From Eledone cirrhosa (lineage: Eukaryota): 64,000 nt of DNA. Location of the stretch: positions 38,502,001-38,566,000 of the forward strand of contig OZ024740.1 in the NCBI GenBank assembly GCA_964016885.1, written 5' to 3'. Below are positions 35,701-51,300 of the stretch, piece after piece. The notes under the pieces are model-generated. The model saw only the letters and a list, made by a program, of their open reading frames with translations. It was not told the origin of the DNA and made no database searches. Every line of letters starts with the position of its first letter. Position 1 is the stretch's first letter. The translations under genes were made by a program, and so were the position numbers.

Positions 35701-38700
35701 TATGGTGGTATGTGATGGTATGTGTATGAGGTGTAATACTGTATGGTGGTATGTGATGGTATGTATATGAGGTGTAGTACTGTATGGTGGTATGTGATGG
35801 TATGTGTATGAGGTGTAGTACTGTATGGTGGTATGTGATTGTATGTGTATGGGGTATAGTACTGTATGGATGTATGTGATGGTATGTGTATGGGGTATAG
35901 TACTGTATGGTGGTATGTGATGGTATGTGTATGAGGTGTAGTACTGTATGGTGGTATGTGATGGTATGTGTATGAGGTGTAGTACTGTATGGTGGTATGT
36001 GATGGTATGTGTATGGGGTATAGTACTGTATGGTGGTATGTGATGGAATGTGTATGGGGTATAGTACTGTATGGTGGTATGTGATGGTATGTGTATGAGG
36101 TGTAGTACTGTATGATGGTATGTGATGGTATGTGTATGAGGTGTAGTACTGTATGGTCGTATGTGATGGTATGTGTATGGGGTATAATACTGTATGGTGG
36201 TATATGATGGTATGTGTATGAGGTGTAGTACTGTATGGTGGTATGTGATGGTATGTGTATGGGGTATTGTACTGTATGGTGGTATGTGATGGTATGTGTA
36301 TGGGGTATAGTACTGTATGGTGGTATTTGATGGTACATGTATGGGGTATAGTACTGTATGGTGGTATGTGATGGTATGTGTATGAGGTGTAGTACTGTAT
36401 GGTCGTATGTGATGGTATGTGTATGGGGTATAATACTGTATGGTGGTATATGATGGTATGTGTATGGGGTATAGTACTGTATGGTGGTATGTGATGGTAT
36501 GTGTATGGGGTATAGTACTGTATGGTGGTATGTGATGGTATGTGTATGAGGTGTAGTACTGTATGGTGGTATGTGATGGTATGTGTATGTGGTATAGTAC
36601 TGTATAGTGGTATGTGATGCTGTGTGTATGGGGTATAGTACTGTATGGTGGTATGTGATGGTATGTGTATGGGGTATAGTACTGTATGGTGGTATGTGTA
36701 TGAGGTGTAGTACTGTATGGTGGTATGTGATGGTATGTGTATGAGGTGTAGTACTGTATGGTGGTATGTGATGGTATGTGTATGCGGTATAGTAGTGTAT
36801 GGTGGTATGTGATGGTATGTGTATGGGGTTTAGTACTGTATGGTGGTATGTGATGGTATGTGTATGAGGTGTAGTACTGTATGGTGGTATGTGATGCTAT
36901 GTGTATGAGGTGTAGTACTGTATGGTGGTATGTGATGGTATGTGTAGGAGGTGTAGTACTGTATGGTGGTATGTGATGGTATGTGTATGAGGTGTAGTAC
37001 TGTATGGTGGTATGTGATGGTATGTGTATGAGGTGTAGTACTGTATGGTGGTATATGATGGTATGTGTATGGGGTATAGTACTGTATGGTGGTATGTGAT
37101 GGTATGTGTATGGGGTGTAATACTGTATGGTGGTATGTGATGGTATGTGTATGGGGTGTAATACTGTATGGTGGTATGTGATGGTATGTGTATGGGGTAT
37201 AGTACTGTATGGTGGTATGTGATTGTATGTGTATGAGGTATAGTACTGTATGGTGGTATGTGATGGTATGTGTATGGGGTATAGTACTGTACGGTGGTAT
37301 GTGATGGTATGTGTATGGGGTATAGTACTGTACGGTGGTATGTGATGGTATGTGTATGGGGTATAGTACTGTATGGTGGTATGTGATGGTATGTGTATGG
37401 GGTATAGTACTGTATGGTGGTATGTGATGGTATGTGTATGAGGTGTAGTACTGTATGGTGGTATGTGATGGTATGTGTATGGGGTATAGTACTGTATGGT
37501 GGTATATGATGGTATGTGTATGGGGTATAGTACTGTATGGTGGTATGTGATGGTATGTGTATGAGGTGTAGTACTGTATGGTAGTATGTGATGGTATGTG
37601 TATGGGGTATAGTACTGTATGGTGGTATGTGATGGTATGTGTATGGGGTATAGTACTGTATGGTGGTATGTGATGGTACGTGTATGGGGTATAGTACTGT
37701 ATGGTGGTATGTGATGGTATGTGTATGGGGTATAGTACTGTATGGTGGTGTGTGATGGTATGTGTATGGGGTATAGTACTGTATGGTGGTATGTGATGGT
37801 ACGTGTATGGGGTATAGTACTGTATGGTGGTATGTGATGGTATGTGTATGGGGTATAGTACTGTATGGTGGTATGTGATAGTATGTGTATGGGGTATAGT
37901 ACTGTATGGTGGTATGTGATGGTACGTGTATGGGGTATAGTACTGTATGGTGGTATATGATGGTATGTGTATGGGGTATAGTACTGTATGGTGGTATGTG
38001 ATGGTATGTGTATGAGGTGTAGTACTGTATGGTAGTATGTGATGGTATGTGTATGGGGTATAGTACTGTATGGTGGTATGTGATGGTACGTGTATGGGGT
38101 ATAGTACTGTATGGTGGTGTGTGATGGTATGTGTATGAGGTGTAGTACTGTATGGTGGTATGTGATGGTATGTGTATGGGGTATAGTACTGTATGGTGGT
38201 ATGTGATGGTATGTGTATGGGGTATAGTACTGTATGGTGGTATGTGATGGTACATGTATGGGGTATAGTACTGTATGGTGGTATGTGATGGTATGTGTAT
38301 GGGGTATAATACTGTATGGTGGTATGTGATGGTATGTGTATGGGGTATAGTACTGTATGGTGGTATGTGATAGTATGTGTATGAGGTGTAGTACTGTATG
38401 ATGGTATGTGATAGTATGTGTATGAGGTGTAGTACTGTATGGTGGTATGTGATGGTATGTGTATGGGGTATACTACTGTATGGTTGTAGGTGATGGTATG
38501 TGTATGGGGTATAGTACTGTATGGTGGTATGTGATGGTATGAGTATGGGGTATAGTACTGTATGGTGGTATGTGATGGTATGTGTATGAGGTGTAGTACT
38601 GTATGGTGGTATGTGATGGTATGTGTATGAGGTGTAATACTGTATGGTGGTATGTGATGGTATGTGTATTAGGTGTAGTACTGTATGGTGGTATGTGATG

Positions 38701-41700
38701 GTATGTGTATGAGGTGTAATACTGTATGGTGGTATGTGATGGTATGTATATGAGGTGTAGTACTGTATGGTGGTATGTGATGGTATGTGTATGAGGTGTA
38801 GTACTGTATGGTGGTATGTGATTGTATGTGTATGGGGTATAGTACTGTATGGATGTATGTGATGGTATGTGTATGGGGTATAGTACTGTATGGTGGTATG
38901 TGATGGTATGTGTATGGGGTATAGTACTGTATGGTGGTATTTGATGGTACATGTATGGGGTATAGTACTGTATGGTGGTATGTGATGGTATGTGTATGAG
39001 GTGTAGTACTGTATGGTCGTATGTGATGGTATGTGTATGGGGTATAATACTGTGTGGTGGTATATGATGGTATGTGTATGAGGTGTAGTACTGTATGGTG
39101 GTATGTGATGGTATGTGTATGGGGTATAGTACTGTATGGTGGTATGTGATGGTATGTGTATGGGGTATATTACTGTATGGTGGTATTTGATGGTACATGT
39201 ATGGGGTATAGTACTGTATGGTGGTATGTGATGGTATGTGTATGAGGTGTAGTACTGTATGGTCGTATGTGATGGTATGTGTATGGGGTATAATACTGTA
39301 TGGTGGTATATGATGGTATGTGTATGGGGTATATTACTGTATGGTGGTATGTGATGGTATGTGTATGGGGTATAGTACTGTATGGTGGTATGTGATGGTA
39401 TGTGTATGAGGTGTAGTACTGTATGGTGGTATGTGATGGTATGTGTATGGGGTATAGTACTGTATAGTGGTATGTGATGCTATGTGTATGGGGTATAGTA
39501 CTGTATGGTGGTATGTGATGGTATGTGTATGGGGTATAGTACTGTATGGTGGTATGTGTATGAGGTGTAGTACTGTATGGTCGTATGTGATGGTATGTGT
39601 ATGAGGTGTAGTACTGTATGATGGTATGTGATGGTATGTGTATGAGGTGTAGTACTGTATGGTGGTATGTGATGGTACGTGTATGGGGTATAGTACTGTA
39701 TGGTGGTGTGTGATGGTATGTGTATGAGGTGTAGTACTGTATGTTGGTATGTGATGGTATGTGTATGGGGTATAGTACTGTATGGTGGTATGTGATGGTA
39801 TGTGTATGGGGTATAGTACTGTATGGTGGTACGTGATGGTACGTTTATGGGGTATAGTACTGTATGGTGGTATGTGATGGTATGTGTATGGGGTATAATA
39901 CTGTATGGTGGTATGTGATGGTATGTGTATTGGGTATAGTACTGTATGGTGGTATGTGATGGTATGTGTATGGGGTATATTACTGTATGGTGGTATGTGA
40001 TGGTATGTGTATGGGGTATAGTACTGTATGGTGGTATGTGATAGTATGTGTATGAGGTGTAGTACTGTATGGTGGTATGTGATGGTATGTGTATGGGGTA
40101 TAGTACTGTATGGTGGTATGTGATGGTATGTGTATGAGGTGTAGTACTGTATGATGGTATGTGATAGTATGTGTATGAGGTGTAGTACTGTATGGTGGTA
40201 TGTGATGGTATGTGTATGGGGTATACTACTGTATGGTGGTAGGTGATGGTATGTGTATGGGGTATAGTACTGTATGGTGGTATGTGATGGTATGAGTATG
40301 GGGTATAGTACTGTATGGTGGTATGTGATGGTATGTGTATGAGGTGTAGTACTGTATGGTGGTATGTGATGGTATGTGTATGGGGTATAGTACTGTATGG
40401 TGGTATGTGATGGTATGTGTATGAGGTGTAATACTGTATGGTGGTTTGTGATGGTATGTGTATGGGGTATAGTACTGTATGGTGGTATGTGATGGTATGT
40501 GTATGAGGTGTAATACTGTATGGTGGTTTGTGATGGTATGTGTATTAGGTGTAGTACTGTATGGTGGTATGTGATGGTATGTGTATGAGGTGTAATACTG
40601 TATGGTGGTATGTGATGGTATGTATATGAGGTGTAGTACTGTATGGTGGTATGTGATGGTATGTGTATGAGGTGTAGTACTGTATGGTGGTATGTGATTG
40701 TATGTGTATGGGGTATAGTACTGTATGGATGTATGTGATGGTATGTGTATGGGGTATAGTACTGTATGGTGGTATGTGATGGTATGTGTATGAGGTGTAG
40801 TACTGTATGGTGGTATGTGATGGTATGTGTATGAGGTGTAGTACTGTATGGTGGTATGTGATGGTATGTGTATGGGGTATAGTACTGTATGGTGGTATGT
40901 GATGGAATGTGTATGGGGTATAGTACTGTATGGTGGTATGTGATGGTATGTGTATGAGGTGTAGTACTGTATGATGGTATGTGATGGTATGTGTATGAGG
41001 TGTAGTACTGTATGGTCGTATGTGATGGTATGTGTATGGGGTATAATACTGTATGGTGGTATATGATGGTATGTGTATGAGGTGTAGTACTGTATGGTGG
41101 TATGTGATGGTATGTGTATGGGGTATTGTACTGTATGGTGGTATGTGATGGTATGTGTATGGGGTATAGTACTGTATGGTGGTATTTGATGGTACATGTA
41201 TGGGGTATAGTACTGTATGGTGGTATGTGATGGTATGTGTATGAGGTGTAGTACTGTATGGTCGTATGTGATGGTATGTGTATGGGGTATAATACTGTAT
41301 GGTGGTATATGATGGTATGTGTATGGGGTATAGTACTGTATGGTGGTATGTGATGGTATGTGTATGGGGTATAGTACTGTATGGTGGTATGTGATGGTAT
41401 GTGTATGAGGTGTAGTACTGTATGGTGGTATGTGATGGTATGTGTATGTGGTATAGTACTGTATAGTGGTATGTGATGCTGTGTGTATGGGGTATAGTAC
41501 TGTATGGTGGTATGTGATGGTATGTGTATGGGGTATAGTACTGTATGGTGGTATGTGTATGAGGTGTAGTACTGTATGGTGGTATGTGATGGTATGTGTA
41601 TGAGGTGTAGTACTGTATGGTGGTATGTGATGGTATGTGTATGCGGTATAGTACTGTATGGTGGTATGTGATGGTATGTGTATGGGGTTTAGTACTGTAT

Positions 41701-42340
41701 GGTGGTATGTGATGGTATGTGTATGAGGTGTAGTACTGTATGGTGGTATGTGATGCTATGTGTATGAGGTGTAGTACTGTATGGTGGTATGTGATGGTAT
41801 GTGTAGGAGGTGTAGTACTGTATGGTGGTATGTGATGGTATGTGTATGAGGTGTAGTACTGTATGGTGGTATGTGATGGTATGTGTATGAGGTGTAGTAC
41901 TGTATGGTGGTATATGATGGTATGTGTATGGGGTATAGTACTGTATGGTGGTATGTGATGGTATGTGTATGGGGTGTAATACTGTATGGTGGTATGTGAT
42001 GGTATGTGTATGGGGTGTAATACTGTATGGTGGTATGTGATGGTATGTGTATGGGGTATAGTACTGTATGGTGGTATGTGATTGTATGTGTATGAGGTAT
42101 AGTACTGTATGGTGGTATGTGATGGTATGTGTATGGGGTATAGTACTGTACGGTGGTATGTGATGGTATGTGTATGGGGTATAGTACTGTACGGTGGTAT
42201 GTGATGGTATGTGTATGGGGTATAGTACTGTATGGTGGTATGTGATGGTATGTGTATGGGGTATAGTACTGTATGGTGGTATGTGATGGTATGTGTATGA
42301 GGTGTAGTACTGTATGGTGGTATGTGATGGTATGTGTATG
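32800..42340. repeat. ~4.86-kb tandem duplication within satellite B
   Basis: ORF boundaries repeat at offset 4859 (33396/38255, 33614/38473, 35367/40226), and the marker ACGGTGG is at 37291/42150. Boundaries are approximate. Confidence 0.9.
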
Positions 42341-45300
42341 GGGTATAGTACTCTATGGTGGTATGTGATGGTATGTGTATGGGGTATAGTACTGTATGGT
42401 GGTATGTGTGGGTATGTGTGGGTATGTGTATGGGGTATAGTACTGTATGGTGGTATGTGATGGTATGTGTATGGGGTATACTACTGTATGGTGGTATGTG
42501 ATGGTATGTGTATGGGGTATAGTACTGTATGGTGGTATCTGATGGTGTGAGTATGGGGTATAGTACTGTATGGTGGTATGTGAAACTATGTGTATGAGGT
42601 GTAGTACTGTATGGTTGTATGTGATGGTATGTGTATGGGGTATAGTACTGTATGGTGGTATGTGATGGTATGTGTATGAGGTGTAGTACTGTATGGTTGT
42701 ATGTGATGGTATGTGTATGGGGTATAGTACTGTATGGTGGTATGTGATGGTATGTGTATGAGGTGTAGTACTGTTTAGTGGTATGTGATGGTATGTGTAT
42801 GGGGTATAGTACTGTATGGTGGTATGTGATGGTATGTGTATGAGGTGTAGTACTGTATGGTTGTATGTGATGGTATGTGTATGGGGTATAGTACTGTATG
42901 GTGGTATGTGATGGTATGTGTATGAGGTGTAGTACTGTTTGGTGGTATGTGATGGTACGTGTATGAGGTGTAGTACTGTATGGTGGTATGTGATGGTATG
43001 AGTATCGGGTATAGTACTGTATGGTGGTATGTGATGGTATGAGTATGGGGCATAGTACTGTAAGGTGGTATGTGATGGTATGTGTATGAGGTGTAGTACT
43101 GTATGGTGGTATGTGATGGTATGTGTATGAGGTGTAGTACTGTATGGTGGTATGTGATGGTATGTGTATGGGGTATAGTACTGTATGGTGGTATGTGATG
43201 GTATGTGTATGGGGTTTAGTACTGTATGGTGGTATGTGATGGGATGTATATGAGGTGTAGTACTGTATGGTGGTATGTGATGGTATGTGTATGAGGTGTA
43301 GAACTGTATGGTGGTATGTGATGGTATGTGTATGGGGTATAGTACTGTATGGTGGTATGTGATGGTATGTGTATGGGGTATAGTACTGTATGGTGGTATG
43401 TGATGGTATGTGTATGGGGTATAGTACTGTATGGTGGTATGTGATGGTATGTGTATGGGGTTTAGTACTGTATGGTGGTATGTGATGGGATGTATATGAG
43501 GTGTAGTACTGTATGGTGGTATGTGATGGTATCTGTATGAGGTGTAGAACTGTATGGTGGTATGTGATGGTATGTGTATGGGGTATAGTACTGTATGGTG
43601 GTATGTGATGGTATGTGTATGGGGTATAGTACTGTATGGTGGTATGTGATGGTATGTGTATGGGGTATAGTACTGTATGGTGGTATGTGATGGTATGTGT
43701 ATCGGGTATAGTACTGTATGGTGGTATGTGATGGTATGTGTATGGGGTATAGTACTGTATGGTGGTATGTGATGGTATGTGTATCGGGTATAGTACTGTA
43801 TGGTGGTATGTGATGGTATGTGTATGGGGTATAGTACTGTATGGTGGTATGTGATGGTATGTGTATGGGGTATAGTACTGTATGGTGGTATGTGATGGTA
43901 TGTGTATGAGGTGTAGTACTGTATGGTGGTATGTGAAGGTATGTGTATGAGGTGTAGTACTGTATGGTGGTATGTGATGGTATGTGTATGAGGTGTAGTA
44001 CTGTATGGTGGTATGTGTATGGTATGTGTATGAGGTGTAGTACTGTATGATGGTATGTGATGGTATGTGTATGAGGTGTAGTACTGTATGGTGGTATGTG
44101 ATGGTATGTGTATGGGGTATTGTACTGTATGGTGGTATGTGATGGTATGTGTATGGGGTATAGTACTGTATGGTGGTATGTGATGGTATGTGTATGAGGT
44201 GTAGTACTGTATGGTGGTATGTGATGGTATGTGTATGAGGTGTAGTACTGTATGGTGGTATGTGATGGTATGTGTATGGGGTATAGTACTGTATGGTGGT
44301 ATGTGATGGTATGTGTATGAGGTGTAGTACTGTATGGTGGTATGTGATGGTATGTGTATGGGGTATAGTACTGTATGGTGGTATGTGATGGTATGTGTAT
44401 GAGTTGTAGTACTGTATAGTGGTATGTGATGGTATGTGTAAGGGATATAGTACTGTATGGTGGTATGTGATAGTATGTGTATGGGGTATAGTACTGTATG
44501 GTGGTATGTGATGGTATGTGTATGGGGTATAGTACTGTATGGTGGTATGTGATGGTATGTGTATGAGGTGTAGTACTGTATGGTGGTATGTGATGGTATG
44601 TGTATGGGGTATAGTACTGTATGGTGGTATGTGATGGTATTTGTATGGGGTATAGTACTGTATGGTGGTATGTGATGGTATCTGTATGGGGTATAGTACT
44701 GTATGGTGGTATGTGATGGTATGTGTATGGGGTATAGTACTGTATGGCGGTATGTGTATGAGGTGTAGTACTGTATGATGGTATGTGATGGTATGTGCAT
44801 GAGGTGTAGTACTGTATGGTGGTATATGATGGTACGTGTATGAGGTGTAGTACTGTATGGTGGTATGTGATGGTATGTGTATGGGGTATAGTACTGTATG
44901 GTGGTATGTGATGGTATGTGTATGGGGTGTAGTACTGTATGGTGGTATTTGATGGTATGTGTATGGGGTATAGTACTGTATGGTGGTATGTAATGGTATG
45001 TGTATGGGGTATAGTACTGTATGGTGGTATGCGATGGTACGTGTATGAGGTGTAGTACTGTATGGTGGTATGTGATGGTATGTGTATGGGGTATAGTACT
45101 GTATGGTGGTATGCAATGGTATGTGTATGAGGTGTAGTACTGTTTGGTGGTATGTGATGGTATGTGTATGGGGTATAGTACTGTATGGTGGTATGTGATG
45201 GTACATGTATGGGGTATAGTACTGTATGGTGGTATGTGATGGTATGTGTATGAGGTGTAGTACTGTATGGTGGTATGTGATGGTATGTGTATGGGGTATA

Positions 45301-48300
45301 GTACTGTATGGTGGTATGTGATGGTATGTGTATGGGGTATAGTACTGTATGGTGGTATGTGTGGGTATGTGTATGGGGTATAGTACTGTACGGTGGTATG
45401 TGATGGTATGTGTATGGGGTATAGTACTGTATGGTGGTATGTGATGGTATGTGTATGGGGTATAGTACTGTATGGTGGTATGTGTGGGTATGTGTATGGG
45501 GTATAGTACTGTATGGTGGTATGTGATGGTATGTGTATGGGGTATACTACTGTATGGTGGTATGTGATGGTATGTGTATGGGGTATAGTACTGTATGGTG
45601 GTATGTGATGGTGTGAGTATGGGGTATAGTACTGTATGGTGGTATGTGATGGTATGTGTATGAGGTGCAGTACTGTATGGTTGTATGTGATGGTATGTGT
45701 GTGGGGTATAGTACTGTATGGTGGTATGTGATGGTATGTGTATGAGGTGTAGTACTGTATGGTTGTATGTGATGGTATGTGTATGGGGTATAGTACTGTA
45801 TGGTGGTATGTGATGGTATGTGTATGAGGTGCAGTACTGTATTGTGGTATGTGATTGTATGTGTATGAGGTGTAGTACTGTATGGTGGTATGTGATGGTA
45901 TGTGTATGAGGTGTAGAACTGAATGGTGGTATGTGATGGTATGTGTATGGGGTATAGTAGTGTATGGTGGTATGTGATGGTATGTGTATGGGGTGTAGTA
46001 CTGTATGGTGGTATGTGATGGTATGTGTACGGGGTATAGTACTGTATGGTGGTATGTGATGGTATGTGTACGGGGTATAGTACTGTATGGTGGTATGTGA
46101 TGGTATGTGTATGGGGTATAGTACTGTATGGTGGTATGTGATGGTATGTGTATGGGGTATAGTACTGTATGGTGGTATGTGATGGTATGTGTATGAGGTG
46201 TAGTACTGTATGGTGGTATGTGAAGGTATGTGTATGAGGTGTAGTACTGTATGGTGGTATGTGTATGGTATGTGTATGAAGTGTAGTACTGTATGATGGT
46301 ATGTGTATGAGGTGTAGCACTGTATGGTGGTATGTCATGGTATGTGTATGGGGTATAGTACTGTATGATGGTGTGTGTATGAGGTGTAGTACTGTATGGT
46401 GGTATGTGATGGTATGTGTATGAGGTGTAGTACTGTATGGTGGTATGTGTATGGTATGTGTATGAAGTGTAGTACTGTATGATGGTATGTGTATGAGGTG
46501 TAGTACTGTATGGTGGTATGTCATGGTATGTGTATGGGGTATAGTACTGTATGGTGGAATGCGATGGTACGTGTATGAGTTGTAGTACTGTATGGTGGTA
46601 TGTGAAGGTATGTGTATGGGCTGTAGTACTGTATGGTGGTATGTGATGGTATGTGTATGGGGTATAGTACTGTATGGTGGTATGTGATGGTATGTGTATG
46701 GGGTATAGTACTGTATGGTGGTATGTGATGGTATGTGTATGGGGTATAGTACTGTATGGTGGTATGTGATGGTATGTGTATGAGGTGTAGTACTGTATGG
46801 TGGTATGTGATGGTATGTGTATGGGGTATAGTACTGTATGGTGGTATGTGATGGTATGTGTATGGGGTATAGTACTGTATGGTGGTATGTGATGGTATGT
46901 GTATGAGGTGTAGTACTGTATGGTGGTATGTGATGGTATGTGTATGGGGTATAGTACTGTATGGTGGTATGTGATGGTATGTGTATGGGGTATAGTACTG
47001 TATGGTGGTATGTGATGGTATGTGTATGAGGTGTAGTACTGTATGGTGGTATGTGATGGTATGTGTATGGGGTATAGTACTGTATGGTGGTATGTGATGG
47101 TATATGTATGGGGTATAGTACTGTATGGTGGTATGAGATAGTATGTGTATGGGGTATAGTACTGTATGGTGGTATGTGATGGTATGTGTATGGGGTATAG
47201 TACTGTATGGTGGTATGTGATGGTATGTGTATGAGGTGTAGTACTGTATGGTGGTATGTGATGGTATGTGTATGAGGTGTAGTACTGTATGGTGGTATGT
47301 GATGGTATGTGTATGGGGTATATTACTGTATGGTGGTATGTGATGGTATGTGTATGGGGTATAGTACTGTATGGTGGTATGCGATGGTACGTGTATGGGG
47401 TATAGTACTGTATGGTGGTATGCGATGGTACGTGTATGAGGTGTAGTACTGTATGGTGGTATGGGATGGTATGTGTATGGGGTATAGTACTGTATGGTGG
47501 TATGTGATGGTATGTGTATGGGGTATAGTACTGTATGGTGGTATGCGATGGTACGTGTATGAGGTGTAGTACTGTATGGTGGTATGGGATGGTACGTGTA
47601 TGGGGTATAGTACTGTATGGTGGTATATGATGGTATGTGTATGGGGTATAGTACTGTATGGTGGTATGTGATGGTATGTGTATGAGGTGTAGTACTGTAT
47701 GTTGGTATGTGATGGTATGTGTATGGGGTATAGTACTGTATGGTGGTATGTGATGGTATGTGTATGGGGTATAGTACTGTATGGTGGTATGTGATGGTAT
47801 GTGTATGGGGTATAGTACTGTATGGTGGTATGTGATGGTATGTGTATGAGGTGTAGTACTGTATGGTGGTATGTGATGGTACGTGTATGGGGTATAGTAC
47901 TGTATGGTGGTATGTGATGGTATGTGTATGGGGTATAGTACTGTATGGCGGTATGTGATGGTATATGTATGGGGTATAGTACTGTATGGTGGTATGTGAT
48001 GGTATGTGTATGAGGTGTAGTACTGTATGGTGGTATGTGATGGTATGTGTATGGGGTATAGTACTGTATGGTGGTATGTGATGGTATGTGTATGAGGTGT
48101 AGTACTGTATGGTGGTATGTGATGGTATGTGTATGAGGTGTAGTACTGTATGGTGGTATGTGATGGTATGTATATGGGGTATAGTACTGTATGGTGGTAT
48201 GTGATGGTATGTGTATGGGGTATAGTACTGTATGGTGGTATGTGATGGTATGTGTATGAGGTGTAGTACTGTATGGTGGTATGTGATGGTATGTATATGA

Positions 48301-51300
48301 GGTGTAGTACTGTATGGTGGTATGTGATGGTATGTGTATGAGGTATAGTACTGTATGGTGGTATGTGATGGTATGTGTATGAGGTGTAGTACTGTTTGGT
48401 GGTATGTGATGGTATGTGTATGAGGTGTAGTACTGTATGGTGGTATGTGATGGTATGTGTATGGGGTATAGTACTGTATGGTGGTATGTGATGGTATGTG
48501 TATGAGGTGTAGTACTGTTTGGTGGTATGTGATGGTATGTATATGAGGTGTAGTACTGTATGGTGGTATGTGATGGTATGTGTATGGGGTATAGTACTGT
48601 ATGGTGGTATGTGATGGTATGTGTATGAGGTGTAGTACTGTTTGGTGGTATGTGATGGTATGTGTATGGGGTATAGTACTGTATGGTGGTATGTGATGGT
48701 ATGTGTATGAGGTGTAGTACTGTATGGTGCTATGCGATGGTACGTGTATTAGGTGTAGTACTGTATGGTGGTATGTGATGGTATGTGTATGGGGTATAGT
48801 ACTGTATGGTGGTATGTGATGGTATGTGTATGAGGTGTAGTACTGTATGGAGGTATGTGATGGTATGTGTATGGGGTATAGTACTGTATGGTGGTATGTG
48901 ATGGTATGTGTATGGGGTATAGTACTGTATGGTGGTATGTGTGGGTATGTGTATGGGGTATAGTACTGTACGGTGGTATGTGATGGTATGTGTATGGGGT
49001 ATAGTACTGTATGGTGGTATGTGATGGTATGTGTATGGGGTATAGTACTGTATGGTGGTATGTGATGGTATGTGTATGAGGTGTAGTACTGTATGGTGGT
49101 ATGTGATGGTATGTGTATGGGGTATAGTACTGTATGGTGGTATGTGATGGTATGTGTATGGGGTATAGTACTGTATGGTGGTATGTGATGGTATGTGTAT
49201 GAGGTGTAGTACTGTATGGTGGTATGTGATGGTATGTGTATGGGGTATAGTACTGTATGGTGGTATGTGATGGTATGTGTATGGGGTATAGTACTGTATG
49301 GTGGTATGTGATGGTATGTGTATGAGGTGTAGTACTGTATGGTGGTATGTGATGGTATGTGTATGGGGTATAGTACTGTATGGTGGTATGTGATGGTATG
49401 TGTATGGGGTATACTACTGTATGGTGGTATGTGATGGTATGTGTATGGGGTATTGTACTGTATGGTGGTATTCAATGGTATGTGTATGAGGTGTAGTACT
49501 GTATGGTGGTATGTGATGGTATGTGTTTGGGGTATAGTACTGTATGGTGGTATGTGATGGTATGTGTATGAGGTGTAGTACTGTTTGGTGGTATGTGATG
49601 GTATGTGTATGGGGTATAGTACTGTATGGTGGTATGTGATGGTATGTGTATGAGGTGTAGTACTGTATGGTGGTATGTGATGGTATGTGTATGGAGTATA
49701 GTACTGTATGGTGGTATGTGATGGTATGTGTATGGGGTATAGTACTGTATGGTGGTATGTGTTGGTATGTGTATGGGGTATAGTACTGTATGGTGGTCTG
49801 TGATGGTATGTGTATGGGGTATAGTACTGTATGGTGGTATGTGATGGTATGTGTATGAGGTGTAGTACTGTATGGAGGTATGTGATGGTATGTGTATGAG
49901 GCGTAATACTGTATGGTGGTATGTGATGGTATGTGTATGGAGTATAGTACTGTATGGTGGTATGTGATGGTGTGTGAATGAGGTGTAGTAGTGTATGGTG
50001 GTATGTGATGGTGTGTGTATGAGGTGTAGTACTGTATGGTGGTATGTGAAGGTATGTATATGAGGTATAGTACTGTATGGTGGTATGTGATGGTATGTGT
50101 ATGAGGTGTAGTACTGTATGGTGGTATGTGATGGTATGTGTATGGGGTATAGTACTGTATGGTGGTATGTGATGGTATGTGTATGGGGTATAGTACTGTA
50201 TGGTGGTATGTGATGGTATGTGTATGAGGTGTAGTACTGTATGGTGGTATGTGATGGTATGTGTATGAGGTGTAGTACTGTATGGTGGTATGTGATGGTA
50301 TGTGTATGGGGTATAGTACTGTACGGTGGTATGTGATGGTATGTGTATGAGGTATAGTACTGTATGGTGGTATGTGATGGTATGTGTATGAGGTGTAGTA
50401 CTGTATGGTGGTATGTGATGGTATGTATATGAGGTGTAGTACTGTATGGTGGTATGTGATGGTATGTGTATGAGGTGTAGTACTGTATGGTGGTATTTGA
50501 TGGTATGTGTATGAGGTGTAGTACTGTATGGTGGTATGTGATGGTATGTGTATGGGGTATATTACTGTATGGTGGTATGTGATGGTATGTGATGGTATGT
50601 GTATGAGGTGTAGTACTGTATGGTGGTATGTGATGGTATGTGTATGGGGTATAGTACTGTATGGCGGTATTGAATGGTATATGTATGGGGTATGCTACTG
50701 TATGGTGGTATGTGATGGTATGTGTATGGGGCATAGTACTGTATGGTGGTATGTGATGGTGTGAGTATGGGGTATAGTACTGTATGGTGGTATGTGAAGG
50801 TATGTGTATGAGGTGTAGTACTGTATGGTGGTATGTGATGGTATGTGTATGAGGAGTAGTACTGTATGGTGGTATGTGATGGTATGTGTATGGGGTATAG
50901 TACTGTATGATGGTATGTGATGGTATGTGTATGGGGTGTAGTACTGTATGGTGGTATGTGATGGTATGTGTATGGGGTATAGTACTGTATGGTGGTATGT
51001 GATGGTATGTGTATGGGGTATAGTACTGTATGGTGGTATGTGATGGTATGTGTATGGGGTATAGTACTGTATGGTGGTATGTGATGGTATGTGTATGAGG
51101 TGTAGTACTGTATGGTGGTATGTGATGGTATGTGTATGGGGTATAGTACTGTATGGTGGTATGTGATGGTATGTGTATGGGGTATAGTACTGTATGGTGG
51201 TATGTGATGGTATGTGTATGAGGTGTAGTACTGTATGGTGGTATGTGATGGTATGTGTATGGGGTATAGTACTGTATGGTGGTATGTGATGGTATGTGTA